From a bacterium (GTDB lineage: Bacteria; Patescibacteriota; Andersenbacteria; UBA10190; CAIZMI01): a stretch of 55,785 bases of DNA. Shown here piece by piece: positions 43,758 through 53,469 of this stretch. Below the pieces are notes generated by a model. It worked only from the letters and a program-made list of their open reading frames with translations, did no database searches and was not told the origin of the DNA. Made by a program: the position numbers and the translations under genes. Position 1 is the first letter of the stretch. Each line of letters starts with the position of its first letter. The stretch lies in the NCBI GenBank assembly GCA_030647555.1, contig JAUSJG010000030.1:1-55785 (forward strand), in the 5' to 3' direction.

Positions 43758-45824
43758 TTAGATAAACAATGACGCTAATGCTAATGTGAGTGTGCTGAAA
43801 AGTTTGATCAACACGTGCAATGACGGCCCGGCAGTGTCTTTGAAGGGGTCGCCTACTGTATCGCCCGTGACGGCAGCTTGATGAGCAAAGCTCTTTTTGC
43901 CACCGAAGTTGCCTTTTTCGATGAATTTCTTGGCATTGTCCCAAGCGCCACCGGCGTTATTGAGCATAATCGCCATTAAGACGCCAACAATTGTACCAAC
44001 CATCACGAATCCGGCCGCCGCTTCGGCGCGCAGGAAGTAGCCGACCAAAATTGGAGCAGTAATTGCCAGGATGCCCGGGGCAATCATGTGACGAAGGGCG
44101 CTCACGGTCGCGATATCAACGGCTGCGGCGTAATCCGGTTTGTCTGTTCCGGCCATAATGCCGGGTTTGGCCTTGAATTGACGGCGAACTTCCTCAACGA
44201 TTACGCCGGCTGCTTTACCAACCGCGCGAATAGCGAGAGAAGAAAAGAGAAATACCACCATTCCACCGATCAGGGCGCCGACGAAAACCGGCACTTTGGC
44301 CATATCAACAGAGGTAATTTTGGCTTGTTCAAGATAAGCCGAGAAAAGTAGAAAAGCGGCTAAGGCGGCAGAACCAACGGCGTAGCCTTTTGTGATTGCC
44401 TTGGTGGTGTTGCCCGTCGCGTCTAATTCATCTGTTACTTCACGTGTCGCTTCCGGAGCATTGCTCATTTCCACGATTCCACCGGCGTTATCGGTGATCG
44501 GGCCAAACATATCCATGGCCAAGATATAGCCAACCGTGGCCAGCATTCCGATAGTGGCCACCGCTGTGCCGTATAATCCGCCCATTGGAATTCCCGTGCT
44601 ATTACCTAGCGCGTAGGAGCTCAACAGTGCTCCGGCAACCACAATTACCGGTAGTGCTGTGCTTTCCATACCAACCGACATTCCGGTGATGACGTTTGTG
44701 CCGTGACCGGTGAGGGAAGATTCGGCAATCGATTTTACCGGGCGATATTGTTTGCCGGTGTAGTAATCGGTGATGTAAACGAAAGCAAGCGCGGTAAGAA
44801 TGCCGATAAATCCGGCCCAGAAGAATGGCGTGGTGTTGTAACCGGGCGCCACTAGCATCATACGGGTTGTGAAGAACAAGGCGATGATTGCCAAAATAGT
44901 TGTTACCCAATAACCACGCGTGAGAGCCTTCATGGGGTTTTCACCCTCTTTGGCTTTTACAAACCAAAGTCCGATAATTGTTGCCAATAGTCCAAAAGCA
45001 TGTAAAACGAGAGGAAACAAAATACCTTTGACGCCAAAAATTGGGTAAAGGGCGACACCCAGGACCATCGCGCCGATGCTTTCAGCAGAAATACTCTCGA
45101 ACAAATCGGCACCGCGACCGGCGCAGTCACCAACGTTGTCTCCGACTAAGTCGGCGATAACGGCTGGGTTACGTGGATCATCTTCCGGAATGCCTGCTTC
45201 CACTTTTCCAACCAAATCTGCTCCCACGTCAGCGGCCTTGGTATAAATGCCACCACCGAGCTGGGCAAATAAAGCCACAAAGCTCGCGCCAAAACCATAA
45301 CCCACAATCAGGCCGGGAATTTGTGCCACGGCGATGTGGAAGATGTTTTGATAGATCAAATAGAGTGACATCACTCCCAGAAGCGAGAGGGCGACGATGG
45401 TAATACCGGAAACCGCCCCTGCTTTAAGCGCTGTAAGGAGAGCGTGATTCAATCCGGAACCAGCGGCATCCGCTGTGCGAATGTTGGCACGGGTGGCGAC
45501 AACCATACTGATTGCGCCTGCCAGGGCGGAGAGAAAAGCACCAATGATGAAGGCGCCGGCCACTTGCGCACCCGCTGTCCAGCCGTTTGTGCCACCGGTT
45601 AGGCCGTGTGCGAGATAAATAACGACCGCCACCACCGCCACAAAGATTACAATTGTCTTATATTGGCGCTTCAAAAAGGCGTTTGAGCCTTCTTTAATCG
45701 CGTCGGCGACTTTGCGCATCGTGTCCGTGCCGGTTCCCTGCTTGAAAATTTGGGACCACAGCATCCAGGCATAGACGAGTGCCAATATCCCCACCCCTGA
45801 AATGAATATATCGATTCTCTGCAT
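43758..45824 (-). CDS. hppA: membrane-bound pyrophosphatase, K+-independent H+-translocating type
   Basis: GGIYTKAADVGADLVGKVE, DNVGDCAGRGADLFES; GNTTKAITKG carries the Lys associated with K+ independence. Confidence 0.9.
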   Translation of the reverse strand: MQRIDIFISGVGILALVYAWMLWSQIFKQGTGTDTMRKVADAIKEGSNAFLKRQYKTIVIFVAVVAVVIYLAHGLTGGTNGWTAGAQVAGAFIIGAFLSALAGAISMVVATRANIRTADAAGSGLNHALLTALKAGAVSGITIVALSLLGVMSLYLIYQNIFHIAVAQIPGLIVGYGFGASFVALFAQLGGGIYTKAADVGADLVGKVEAGIPEDDPRNPAVIADLVGDNVGDCAGRGADLFESISAESIGAMVLGVALYPIFGVKGILFPLVLHAFGLLATIIGLWFVKAKEGENPMKALTRGYWVTTILAIIALFFTTRMMLVAPGYNTTPFFWAGFIGILTALAFVYITDYYTGKQYRPVKSIAESSLTGHGTNVITGMSVGMESTALPVIVVAGALLSSYALGNSTGIPMGGLYGTAVATIGMLATVGYILAMDMFGPITDNAGGIVEMSNAPEATREVTDELDATGNTTKAITKGYAVGSAALAAFLLFSAYLEQAKITSVDMAKVPVFVGALIGGMVVFLFSSLAIRAVGKAAGVIVEEVRRQFKAKPGIMAGTDKPDYAAAVDIATVSALRHMIAPGILAITAPILVGYFLRAEAAAGFVMVGTIVGVLMAIMLNNAGGAWDNAKKFIEKGNFGGKKSFAHQAAVTGDTVGDPFKDTAGPSLHVLIKLFSTLTLALASLFI

Positions 45825-45919
45825 AACAATATTCTTAAAAATTAATTATTAAGCTTTTGAATAATGATTTATGATATATGAATGATGATAACGCGCGTAC
45901 ATTCATCATTCTTCATTCG

Positions 45920-47110
45920 TTATTCATCATTCTTCTTCAGCTCTTCTGCCGGCTTCACAGTTGCCTCATTAGCAGAAATTTCCTCGGACTTTATTTCTTC
46001 GTCGGGCGTCGCGCTGGCGTCTTCCATCACGACCGCTTCTTCTCCGGATTTCACGATATCAATTCTCCACCCCGTCAATTTGGCGGCCAAGCGGACATTC
46101 TGGCCACGCTTACCGATCGCCAAACTTAATTGATCTTCGTTAACGTGAACCACCGCTTTGTGTTCGTCGTTTTGCAAGTCTACTCTCACAATTTTTGCGG
46201 GCGATAAAGCTTGGACGATAAACTTTGCGAAATCGTCATCCCATTGAATAATATCAATTTTCTCACCGGATAATTCGGAAATTACTGTTTGAATACGTGT
46301 TCCGCGTTGGCCGATACACGAACCAACCGCATCCACACCGTCTTGTTTGGAAAGGACCGCCACTTTTGAGCGTTGGCCCGCTTCACGCGCGACCGCCTTG
46401 ATTTCCACGATGCCACTGTAAACTTCCGGCACTTCCAGTTCAAACAATTTCTTCATCATACCGGGATGGGCGCGAGACAAAATAATATCCGTACCTCGCG
46501 AGGTTAATTCCACTTTTACGAGGTAAACCTTCACGCGCTGGTTGATGCGATAGTGTTCGGTGGGAACTTGCTCTGAAGGAAACAAAACACCCGTGGCACG
46601 GCCCAAGTCAACGAAGATATTATTGTTTTCAATCCGCTGAATCGTGCCGTTGATGATTTCACCTTCTTTGCCCTTAAAGGCTTCGAAAGTGGCGGAGCGT
46701 TCCGCTTCGCGAATACGTTGGATAATAACCTGCTTGGCGGTTTGCGCGGCAATGCGACCGTAATTGGGATCGGTTGGTGTCACTTCCGTAGAGATTTCAT
46801 CGCCAACTTTGGCGTCCGCCTTTTGTTCGGAGGCCTCTGTGACTGTAAATTCTGCGTCAGGATTGAGAATTTTCGGTTCTTCGCCTTCCACTACCGTTGT
46901 GGGTTCGACAACCGTCATAACTCTAAAAATTCGCGCTCTGCCGGTTTTCACGTCGAACGTGGCGCGAATATCTTGACCACGCTTTCCGTAATCGCGTCGA
47001 AAAGCGGCCGCAATAGCAGCGGCGATAGTTTCGATGACTTTATTGGGATCAATTCCCTTTTCTTCCGCAATCTGCGTGATTGCCGCGGCGAACTCGTCTT
47101 GTGATGGCAT
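45920..47110 (-). CDS. nusA: transcription termination/antitermination factor NusA
   Basis: N-terminal domain, S1 (GTIQRIENNNIFVDLG), two KH (CIGQRGTRIQ, AIGKRGQNVRLA), acidic tail. Confidence 0.9.
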   Translation of the reverse strand: MPSQDEFAAAITQIAEEKGIDPNKVIETIAAAIAAAFRRDYGKRGQDIRATFDVKTGRARIFRVMTVVEPTTVVEGEEPKILNPDAEFTVTEASEQKADAKVGDEISTEVTPTDPNYGRIAAQTAKQVIIQRIREAERSATFEAFKGKEGEIINGTIQRIENNNIFVDLGRATGVLFPSEQVPTEHYRINQRVKVYLVKVELTSRGTDIILSRAHPGMMKKLFELEVPEVYSGIVEIKAVAREAGQRSKVAVLSKQDGVDAVGSCIGQRGTRIQTVISELSGEKIDIIQWDDDFAKFIVQALSPAKIVRVDLQNDEHKAVVHVNEDQLSLAIGKRGQNVRLAAKLTGWRIDIVKSGEEAVVMEDASATPDEEIKSEEISANEATVKPAEELKKNDE

Positions 47111-47133
47111 ATGGATTGTTATTTAATTGTCTA

Positions 47134-47191
47134 AGTCTTTGTGAGCGAAGCGCCTGCCACCCGATGCTTTAGCGAAGGGTGGAAGCAATCT
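47134..47191 (+). repeat. GTCTTTG(T)GAG-hairpin-GAAGCAATCTT element (expanded hairpin)
   Basis: GTCTTTGTGAGCGAAGCGCCTGCCACCCGATGCTTTAGCGAAGGGTGGAAGCAATCTT. Confidence 0.5.
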
Positions 47192-47377
47192 TCGCGTCCC
47201 ACGAATAACCGCTTGTAATGAACAGGCGGTACTGTGGATAGATTAATCGAAATTATATTACTTGTCAAATTTAGGAATTGCTTAAGATTGGGTGAATTTT
47301 AGATATTGAATAATGATTTATGAATGATGCAACAAAAAAACCGACACTGGGTAGTGTCGGGTGGTTCTTCGGGTTTC

Positions 47378-48301
47378 TTAATCCCTTTTCTTTGTTCGCG
47401 GACGACGCGGACGAGCCGTCTTTGCTGGCTTCCTTTGCTGTTCATTGATTCGATGGTCGGCAAACATCCCTGCGACCTGTTTAAAGATTCTGGTGTCGCC
47501 ATCGTCGGCCAGTGCATCCAGAACCTCAAGAACAAGCGCCTCCGGAAGTGTGACGGCAAGTTCCTTATAAACATCAAGGCCGATTCGAATCTGGTGTGCG
47601 GTACGCGTATTTTTGCCGCGGCGCACAAACCAGTCAGCGCACTCAAGTGCTTTCTCATGGTTTCCCGATGCCTTAAAGCAATAGAGCGCGTATTGCGTGG
47701 GCATTGTATCGCCGTTATCATTTTGCATCTCAAGCAACCCGTTTCCCAGTTCGTTGAGTTTGGCGATGGCTTTTGCATCCATGTAGCAATTAATCGCCGT
47801 CTCAAATTGCAGAAACCTTCGGGAAACATCACCCAACTCCACTTGTTCTTGTTCCGCGTATGTCTTTGCGGAGGCGAGTAGGCTATAGGCCAATCCGAAG
47901 TATCTTGAGCAATCCGAGGAAATGTTTAATGCTTTGAGATACAGAAGGTATTTCCTGCCAAGCGATAACTGCTGGTCTGTGGCATTACAGACACCAAAGC
48001 ATATGCGGGCGAGTTGATGTCGTTCGTAATTTTCCGGTCCGGCAATGCCTACTGCGCAAATTTTTCCCAAATCAAGAAGCTTTTCGAGGGCGTTTGCCTT
48101 TTTGTAAGCTTCTATTGCATCATCAAGCCTTCCAATTTTCGCCGCCGCATTCCCGCACATTACCAATAAGTCGGCTGGAATGGGTTGGTTTTTTGGGTTG
48201 CAGTCGAGGGCTTTGTCTAAGTTGCCTCGTCGCAGATACGTGTCTCTGATCATCAAAGCCTTGAGTTCTTCTGCAGTGAGTTTTGTCGTCGTCATGGCCA
48301 T
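47378..48301 (-). CDS. helical-repeat (TPR-like) protein with a basic C-terminal tail
   Basis: 307-aa ORF preferred over overlapping 47299-47832 and 47324-47881; repeated A/L/Y-rich helix pairs; tail RKPAKTARPRRPRTKKRD. Confidence 0.5.
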   Translation of the reverse strand: MAMTTTKLTAEELKALMIRDTYLRRGNLDKALDCNPKNQPIPADLLVMCGNAAAKIGRLDDAIEAYKKANALEKLLDLGKICAVGIAGPENYERHQLARICFGVCNATDQQLSLGRKYLLYLKALNISSDCSRYFGLAYSLLASAKTYAEQEQVELGDVSRRFLQFETAINCYMDAKAIAKLNELGNGLLEMQNDNGDTMPTQYALYCFKASGNHEKALECADWFVRRGKNTRTAHQIRIGLDVYKELAVTLPEALVLEVLDALADDGDTRIFKQVAGMFADHRINEQQRKPAKTARPRRPRTKKRD

Positions 48302-48439
48302 TTCCTTTAATTCTATTTCGCGACTGAAGCATGGATTACCACGTTGGTAACCCTAAATTGTGAAGGAACTGGTGAATTTACTACTGGGCAACGTTTATGT
48401 CAATTTTTTGTACTCTCGTTGATAGCACACATCAACTTA

Positions 48440-48808
48440 TTATGTCAGTGTGATGTACTTTAAATGTTCAATCTTTGATTCTCCCGTTGTCAGCATAATT
48501 GCTACTAAATCCAGTCGATATTGCGTTTGCCACGGGAAATTTTGCATATACATTAATATACTGCGTTTCAGTATATGCTGTTTATTTGGGGTTATAGACG
48601 CTATGGGTTCACCGAATTTGGTATTCGTCCGCGTCTTAACTTCTACAAAAACATATTCGTTTTTTTCCGAATCATGCATTACAAGGTCGAGTTCCCCACC
48701 CGGAACGCGAGCATTGGCTTCAATAAACTTGAGACCGATGCCTTCCAAATATTCGCGCGCCAAATCTTCTCCTTTTTTACCTGTGATGCCAAGATGTGGA
48801 ATTGCCAT
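48440..48808 (-). CDS. yraN: YraN-family (UPF0102) endonuclease
   Basis: GKKGEDLAREYLE..G.....N.....GELDLV......YVFVEVKTR pattern. Confidence 0.8.
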   Translation of the reverse strand: MAIPHLGITGKKGEDLAREYLEGIGLKFIEANARVPGGELDLVMHDSEKNEYVFVEVKTRTNTKFGEPIASITPNKQHILKRSILMYMQNFPWQTQYRLDLVAIMLTTGESKIEHLKYITLT

Positions 48809-49044
48809 AGTTTAATTATCATATAAATAGTCTCTTGATTTCTCTTTTGAATCGATATATTCTTAATTATATGACAAATATATCAACTGGTCGCTATATA
48901 AGAGATATTAAAATTTCAGCCTTCGTGGCTTTGGTGTTCATGGTTGTTTTGTTTGGGATGTTTATGGCCAATGTAAAATACGGTTTTTCGGAGCGTTTTG
49001 TAAACGTATTTGTAGCAAAAATCTACGGCGGAGCGTAGTGGTTG

Positions 49045-50409
49045 CTAGAGATTTGATTGATTATTCTTACGGGTAGGAACGGTAGGAACATTATTTCGTT
49101 CCTCGCGGAGGGTTGTGTCAGGATGTTTTGACAGAATTGCCGGAATCAGGGTTAGAAATATAACAAGCATCACGCGCCCCGCCTGATTAGTCCAAAGATA
49201 ATGATCGAGCAAAATAAGTGGCGAGATTATAAGCAGTGTTACTAATAATGCGTTAGTAGAATTATGGACGGGTTTTAGAGTTTTATATATAAAATACAAT
49301 ATTACAATTGTTCCAAAAATCCCCAGGTCCGTCATGACCAGGATTAATGTGTTGTGTGGATAATCATATTGCCAATTTTTTAGGCCAGTTCCAAAGGGAG
49401 CTCGTCTAGTTAAACTGTTAAAATAATTTCCCAACCCAATTCCAAAAAGTGGGTCGGACATAAAAATTTTCGTGCCGAATTCGTTTAATATAATTCGGTC
49501 CGAAAAAAACAAATCCGATGTCGGGGGTGAGATTCGGTGCCAAATGGCGGTTCGAAGCGGTGAAATTATCATCAATATGCCAATAATGATAAAAATTGTA
49601 TAAAAAATGGTGCGCCTGTAAAGAAAATAATTCCAGAGACGAAATTGCCAAAACAAGATGAAAATTAATAAAAATATCGAAAATAACGCCGATCTTGAGA
49701 ATGTCAGGGTCGCGCCGGCGAGCATAATAATGATTGAGATTCCCGAAATACGGCGTTTTGATGGATATTTATAAAATAAATAGAGCCCGGCACAAATACT
49801 TAACACCAAAAAACCACCAAGAATGTTGGGATGTGGCATTGTTCCGTAGGCACGTAAAAGTTTTTCGCCGTTGTTGAGATCAACTTTTGCAACGCCAGCC
49901 ATGCCAGTCGACAAAGTTTGTTCCGCAAGAAAGTACAAACCGAACGAATGGCCGACGATTACCTGGAAAAACCCCAACAATGATTCGAACATGCCAATTC
50001 CTACAAGTGTTGCGGAAACATAAAGTCTTGTTTTTTGTTCGCGAAGGAACTTGGAGAATAAATAGACCAGCACTAAAAATTGAATGATGCGGACTAGAGA
50101 GTAGATTCCCAGTGAAGTAATTGGGTTACGAAGGGTTTCAGCAATTAGGAAGACTAAAATAGCGCCAAACAAAAGGTAGTTTTGTTTAGAATGCCTGAAA
50201 AAATGCTTTCGTTCGGCAAATAAAACAAAAAGAAAAAAGAAATCGGCTGTATAGATGGAAATAGCGAGTAGTTCCGAAAACCATCCGGCTCGACTGGCAT
50301 CGGCGAAATTCATTACGTGACGGAACGGTAGGAAGGAGGTTGCGATAAATAAACAAAACAGGGCGATTTTATTATTGACATTATTTATGAAACTAGAAAA
50401 TTTGTTCAT
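49045..50409 (-). CDS. O-antigen ligase/Wzy-like polytopic membrane protein
   Basis: about 10-12 TM segments, central loop with ..TFSRSALFS.. typical of Wzy_C. Confidence 0.5.
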   Translation of the reverse strand: MNKFSSFINNVNNKIALFCLFIATSFLPFRHVMNFADASRAGWFSELLAISIYTADFFFLFVLFAERKHFFRHSKQNYLLFGAILVFLIAETLRNPITSLGIYSLVRIIQFLVLVYLFSKFLREQKTRLYVSATLVGIGMFESLLGFFQVIVGHSFGLYFLAEQTLSTGMAGVAKVDLNNGEKLLRAYGTMPHPNILGGFLVLSICAGLYLFYKYPSKRRISGISIIIMLAGATLTFSRSALFSIFLLIFILFWQFRLWNYFLYRRTIFYTIFIIIGILMIISPLRTAIWHRISPPTSDLFFSDRIILNEFGTKIFMSDPLFGIGLGNYFNSLTRRAPFGTGLKNWQYDYPHNTLILVMTDLGIFGTIVILYFIYKTLKPVHNSTNALLVTLLIISPLILLDHYLWTNQAGRVMLVIFLTLIPAILSKHPDTTLREERNNVPTVPTRKNNQSNL

Positions 50410-50410
50410 T

Positions 50411-50905
50411 TTAGTTTGAGTATGTCACGACATCACCTATTTTAATATTATTCGATATCGTCCAGTTAAGATTAGTTTCAATAACTACATCAACTGCAGA
50501 AGGGGAATAAAAGTGCTTTAATTGCTCAATTGGCGTATCTAGTTCAGGAAACATATGGTCAAAGCCAACCACTTTATGATTGGCTACCCAAATTATATCT
50601 AATGGGATTATTGTGTCCTTCATCCAAAAATTCTGAATTTGCGCTGTTGGGAAGACAAAAATCATGCCGTTATCTTTTTCAAGCGAAATGCGATTGGAAA
50701 GACCTTTCGACCATTCGGCGAGTGTTGAAGCATATTCGACCCGTAGTGACTTATCGCTGATCGTGAGGGTTTTGAATTTTGTGGCGTTTGTTTGAAGGGG
50801 AACTGTTATTGGTTGTTTCGCCCGATAGGGTTTGAAACTAATCAGCATCACCGAACTGATAACAATTAGTAAAAGCAAGAAAAATATAATTAGTTTTTTA
50901 TCCAT
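50411..50905 (-). CDS. DUF192-domain protein
   Basis: signal anchor; GLSNR..L..D.GMIFVF......FWMKDTIIPLDIIWV. Confidence 0.7.
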   Translation of the reverse strand: MDKKLIIFFLLLLIVISSVMLISFKPYRAKQPITVPLQTNATKFKTLTISDKSLRVEYASTLAEWSKGLSNRISLEKDNGMIFVFPTAQIQNFWMKDTIIPLDIIWVANHKVVGFDHMFPELDTPIEQLKHFYSPSAVDVVIETNLNWTISNNIKIGDVVTYSN

Positions 50906-51010
50906 TTGTTTAATATATCACAATGGCCTGCACAAATTATTAAATATCTTCATCTTTTTTGGGTTAAAATCATGGATTTTCTAAACCCAAAATGCTAGAC
51001 TTCATTTGCT

Positions 51011-52579
51011 ATGAATAAAATGAAAAATCTTTCCGCAACCGATGATCAGGCATTCAAACTCAAAGTTTTGGCCAAGGAAAAAGAAAGTGTCAGACGCAAG
51101 CTGGCGGTGAAGGCCGAGAAACTTCGTCTCAAAGCCAAAACGCGTGTCGCGACCGCCAAGGAAAAGGAAAGCGTCAGACGCAAGTTGGCGGTGAAGGCCG
51201 AGAAACTTCGTCTCAAAGCCAAACTGCTCGCCTTGACCGCCAAGGAAAAAGAAAGCGTCAGACGCGAGCTGGCGGTGACGGCCGAGAAACTTCGTCTCAA
51301 AGCCAAACTGCTCGCCTTGACCGCCAAGGAAAAAGAAAGTGTCAGACGCAAGCTGGCGGTGACGGCCGAAGATCTGGAACAGATTAGAGTGAAAAACGAA
51401 GCGATGCTGGTGAGTATCGGCGACGGTTTGGTGGTAACGGATAAAAACGAACGGATTCTGCTGGTGAATAAGGCGTTTGAGAATATTTTGGGCTGGAAGA
51501 AAAAAGAAGTAATGGGGAAGTTTTTGGACAAAGTTATTCCTATGGTCGACGAAAACGGTAAGGTTATCTCTTCGTCGGAACGCTTAATCACTAAAACGAT
51601 CAAAAAACACGCTACCATTTCCATTTCTATCGCTACCGCGGAAGAAGAAAAAGAAAAGATTAATCCCGAAACAATGACTGCATCCGGTTTTTATTATTAC
51701 GTGCGCAAAGACAAGACCAGGTTTCCGGTAGCCGTAACCGTCGCCCCGGTAAAGCTGGGGAATAAGTTTATCGGAGCAATTGAGGTTTTTCGCGACATCA
51801 CGCAAGAAAAAGAAATTGACAAAGCAAAAAGCGAATTCATTTCTCTCGCCTCTCATCAGCTAAAAACGCCGCCAACAGCAATCAAGTTGGTCGTCGAAAG
51901 GTTGCTTGGCGGCAAAATGGGGACATTCACGGAAAAACAGAAAGAATATCTCAATTATATTCACTTTTCAAACCAGCGGATGATTGACCTAATTAACGCG
52001 CTTTTAAATGTCTCGCGAATCGAGCTTGGCGCGTTTACTATTCAAGCAAAGGAGAAAGATGCCTACGCCACTGTGCAGAGTATTTTGGACGAATTGAAGT
52101 ACGCTGTTGATAAAAAACAATTGAAACTGAAAATAATTCCTCCCGAAAAACAGATTCTGCTCATGCTCGACGAATCTCTGTTCCGCATGGTAATGAATAA
52201 CATTGTCACAAACGCCATCCACTATACGGCGGAGGGAGGCGAGATACGAGTCGAATGCAAGGTGATGAATAAGGGACAATTTCTGGGAGAGAAGCTTTTG
52301 GAAGAGGACTATTTTGTGGTCATCGTGGCCGATACCGGCTACGGAATTCCGCAAAAAGACCAGAACAAATTGTTCACTAAATTTTTCAGAGCGGATAATG
52401 CCAGAGAAAAAAGCAGCGACGGAACAGGCCTTGGGCTCTATATCGCAAAATCCATTCTTGAACAATCCAGCGGATTGATCTGGTTCACTTCGCGTGTAAA
52501 TAAAGGGTCGGAGTTTTATGTGGCCATCCCAATTGCCGGAATGAGAGCAAAGGATGGCAAAAAAGGGCTTATTGGCTAA
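51011..52579 (+). CDS. PAS-domain sensor histidine kinase with a repeated coiled-coil N-terminus
   Basis: H-box SEFISLASHQLKTP, N-box NAIHYT, G-box DTGYGIP..GTGLGLYIAKS. Confidence 0.85.
   Translation: MNKMKNLSATDDQAFKLKVLAKEKESVRRKLAVKAEKLRLKAKTRVATAKEKESVRRKLAVKAEKLRLKAKLLALTAKEKESVRRELAVTAEKLRLKAKLLALTAKEKESVRRKLAVTAEDLEQIRVKNEAMLVSIGDGLVVTDKNERILLVNKAFENILGWKKKEVMGKFLDKVIPMVDENGKVISSSERLITKTIKKHATISISIATAEEEKEKINPETMTASGFYYYVRKDKTRFPVAVTVAPVKLGNKFIGAIEVFRDITQEKEIDKAKSEFISLASHQLKTPPTAIKLVVERLLGGKMGTFTEKQKEYLNYIHFSNQRMIDLINALLNVSRIELGAFTIQAKEKDAYATVQSILDELKYAVDKKQLKLKIIPPEKQILLMLDESLFRMVMNNIVTNAIHYTAEGGEIRVECKVMNKGQFLGEKLLEEDYFVVIVADTGYGIPQKDQNKLFTKFFRADNAREKSSDGTGLGLYIAKSILEQSSGLIWFTSRVNKGSEFYVAIPIAGMRAKDGKKGLIG
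51071..51370 (+). repeat. 84-nt tandem repeat, about 3.6 copies, inside the kinase gene
   Basis: unit starts GCCAAGGAAAA at 51071, 51155, 51239 and 51323; encodes AKEKESVRRKLAV(K/T)AEKLRLKAK(LLALT/TRVAT). Confidence 0.85.
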
Positions 52580-52615
52580 AAAAGTATATTGCGTTATAAT
52601 AACGTCACCTACATT

Positions 52616-53014
52616 ATGACCGAAGATAAAAAGATGAAAATTCTACTTGTTGAGGATGAGCCGGCAATTAGCAAAGTATATGCGGAGGAGCTAACTGATG
52701 AAGGATTTGTCACGCTTACGGCAACGAATGGCAGAGATGGCTTAGAGCTTGCGCTTGTTGAAAAGCCCGATCTTATTTTACTCGATATCCTCATGCCGAT
52801 AATGGATGGTCTCACAATGATGGACCAACTGCGCAAAAAAAACGAATACGGAAGGAAAGTTCCGATCATTCTTTTAACCAATTTGTCCGCGGATGAGGAA
52901 AGAATTATTAAAGCAATCGTGGAAAATGAACCTGTGTATTATGTGGTAAAATCTGATTACAAACTAAGCGATGTGGTGAAGATGGTGCGAGAGGGGCTTA
53001 CTCGGATATCATAA
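52616..53014 (+). CDS. stand-alone response-regulator receiver domain
   Basis: KILLVEDEP, LILLDILMP (phospho-Asp), LTN, K; start among three in-frame ATGs (52589/52616/52634) is uncertain. Confidence 0.8.
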   Translation: MTEDKKMKILLVEDEPAISKVYAEELTDEGFVTLTATNGRDGLELALVEKPDLILLDILMPIMDGLTMMDQLRKKNEYGRKVPIILLTNLSADEERIIKAIVENEPVYYVVKSDYKLSDVVKMVREGLTRIS

Positions 53015-53019
53015 TAAAG

Positions 53020-53090
53020 TCGGGGCGACAGGATTTGGCTTCATCGTCCTTTGCCCAGTACATTTATTGTGCTGGGCGAAACGATGCGCC
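53020..53090 (-). pseudogene. tRNA-Pro 3' fragment with a hairpin inserted in the anticodon loop
   Basis: matches the intact copy in TCGGGGCGACAGGATTTG and ..CATCGTCC / GAAACGATGCGCC, with a 28-nt hairpin TTTGCCCAGTACATTTATTGTGCTGGGC in between; lacks the 5' acceptor and D arm. Confidence 0.6.
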
Positions 53091-53104
53091 TGTTAAATTG
53101 TCCG

Positions 53105-53176
53105 TCGGGGCGACAGGATTTGAACCTGCGGCCTCATCGTCCCGAACGATGCGCGCTACCACTGCGCTACGCCCCG
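53105..53176 (-). tRNA. tRNA-Pro(CGG)
   Basis: CGGGGCG-TA-GCGCAGTGGTAGCGC-G-CATCG-TTCGGGA-CGATG-AGGCC-GCAGGTTCAAATCCTGT-CGCCCCG-A. Confidence 0.9.
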
Positions 53177-53213
53177 ACGAACAATTCAACACCTCAATTT
53201 TTACTAATTTTTT

Positions 53214-53306
53214 GATTTGCCCGCCACATCGGCGGGTCCGCCTGCTGGCGGAAACCTGCGGCCTCATCGTCCCGAACGATGCGCGCTACCACTGCGCTAC
53301 GCCCCG
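53214..53306 (-). pseudogene. tRNA-Pro(CGG) copy truncated after the T loop and carrying the 33-nt GC element
   Basis: 53253-53306 is 54/54 identical to 53123-53176; insert after GGTT; CAAATC follows, then homology ends (no 3' T stem or acceptor). Confidence 0.75.
53220..53252 (-). mobile_element. 33-nt GC-rich double-hairpin insertion element (second copy)
   Basis: gene-sense TCCGCCAGCAGGCGGACCCGCCGATGTGGCGGG; stems identical to 33144-33176, loops differ. Confidence 0.7.
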
Positions 53307-53318
53307 AAATTTTTTATG

Positions 53319-53390
53319 TGGACCTGGCGGGACTCGAACCCGCGGTCTTTAGTATGCCATACTAACGCTTTTCCTCTAAGCTACAGGCCC
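53319..53390 (-). tRNA. tRNA-Ala(GGC)
   Basis: GGGCCTG acceptor with G3:U70, anticodon arm TTAGT-ATGGCAT-ACTAA, T arm GCGGG-TTCGAGT-CCCGC. Confidence 0.85.
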
Positions 53391-53469
53391 CCAACTTCGC
53401 TCTGTCTTGCTAGCCAGAGCTTCGCTGGGCAGGCAATGGAGATATTTACCACTGCTTGTCCCGCGAAGC

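Noticed and set aside
51046-51624. 192-aa minus-strand ORF antisense to the kinase repeat region; likewise 47299-47832 and 47324-47881 overlapping 47378-48301, 35829-36176 antisense to the Fic gene, and 18148-18570 inside rsmA
   Set aside because: In each case the overlapping partner has clear domain motifs or is longer with a plausible start; the alternatives have none.
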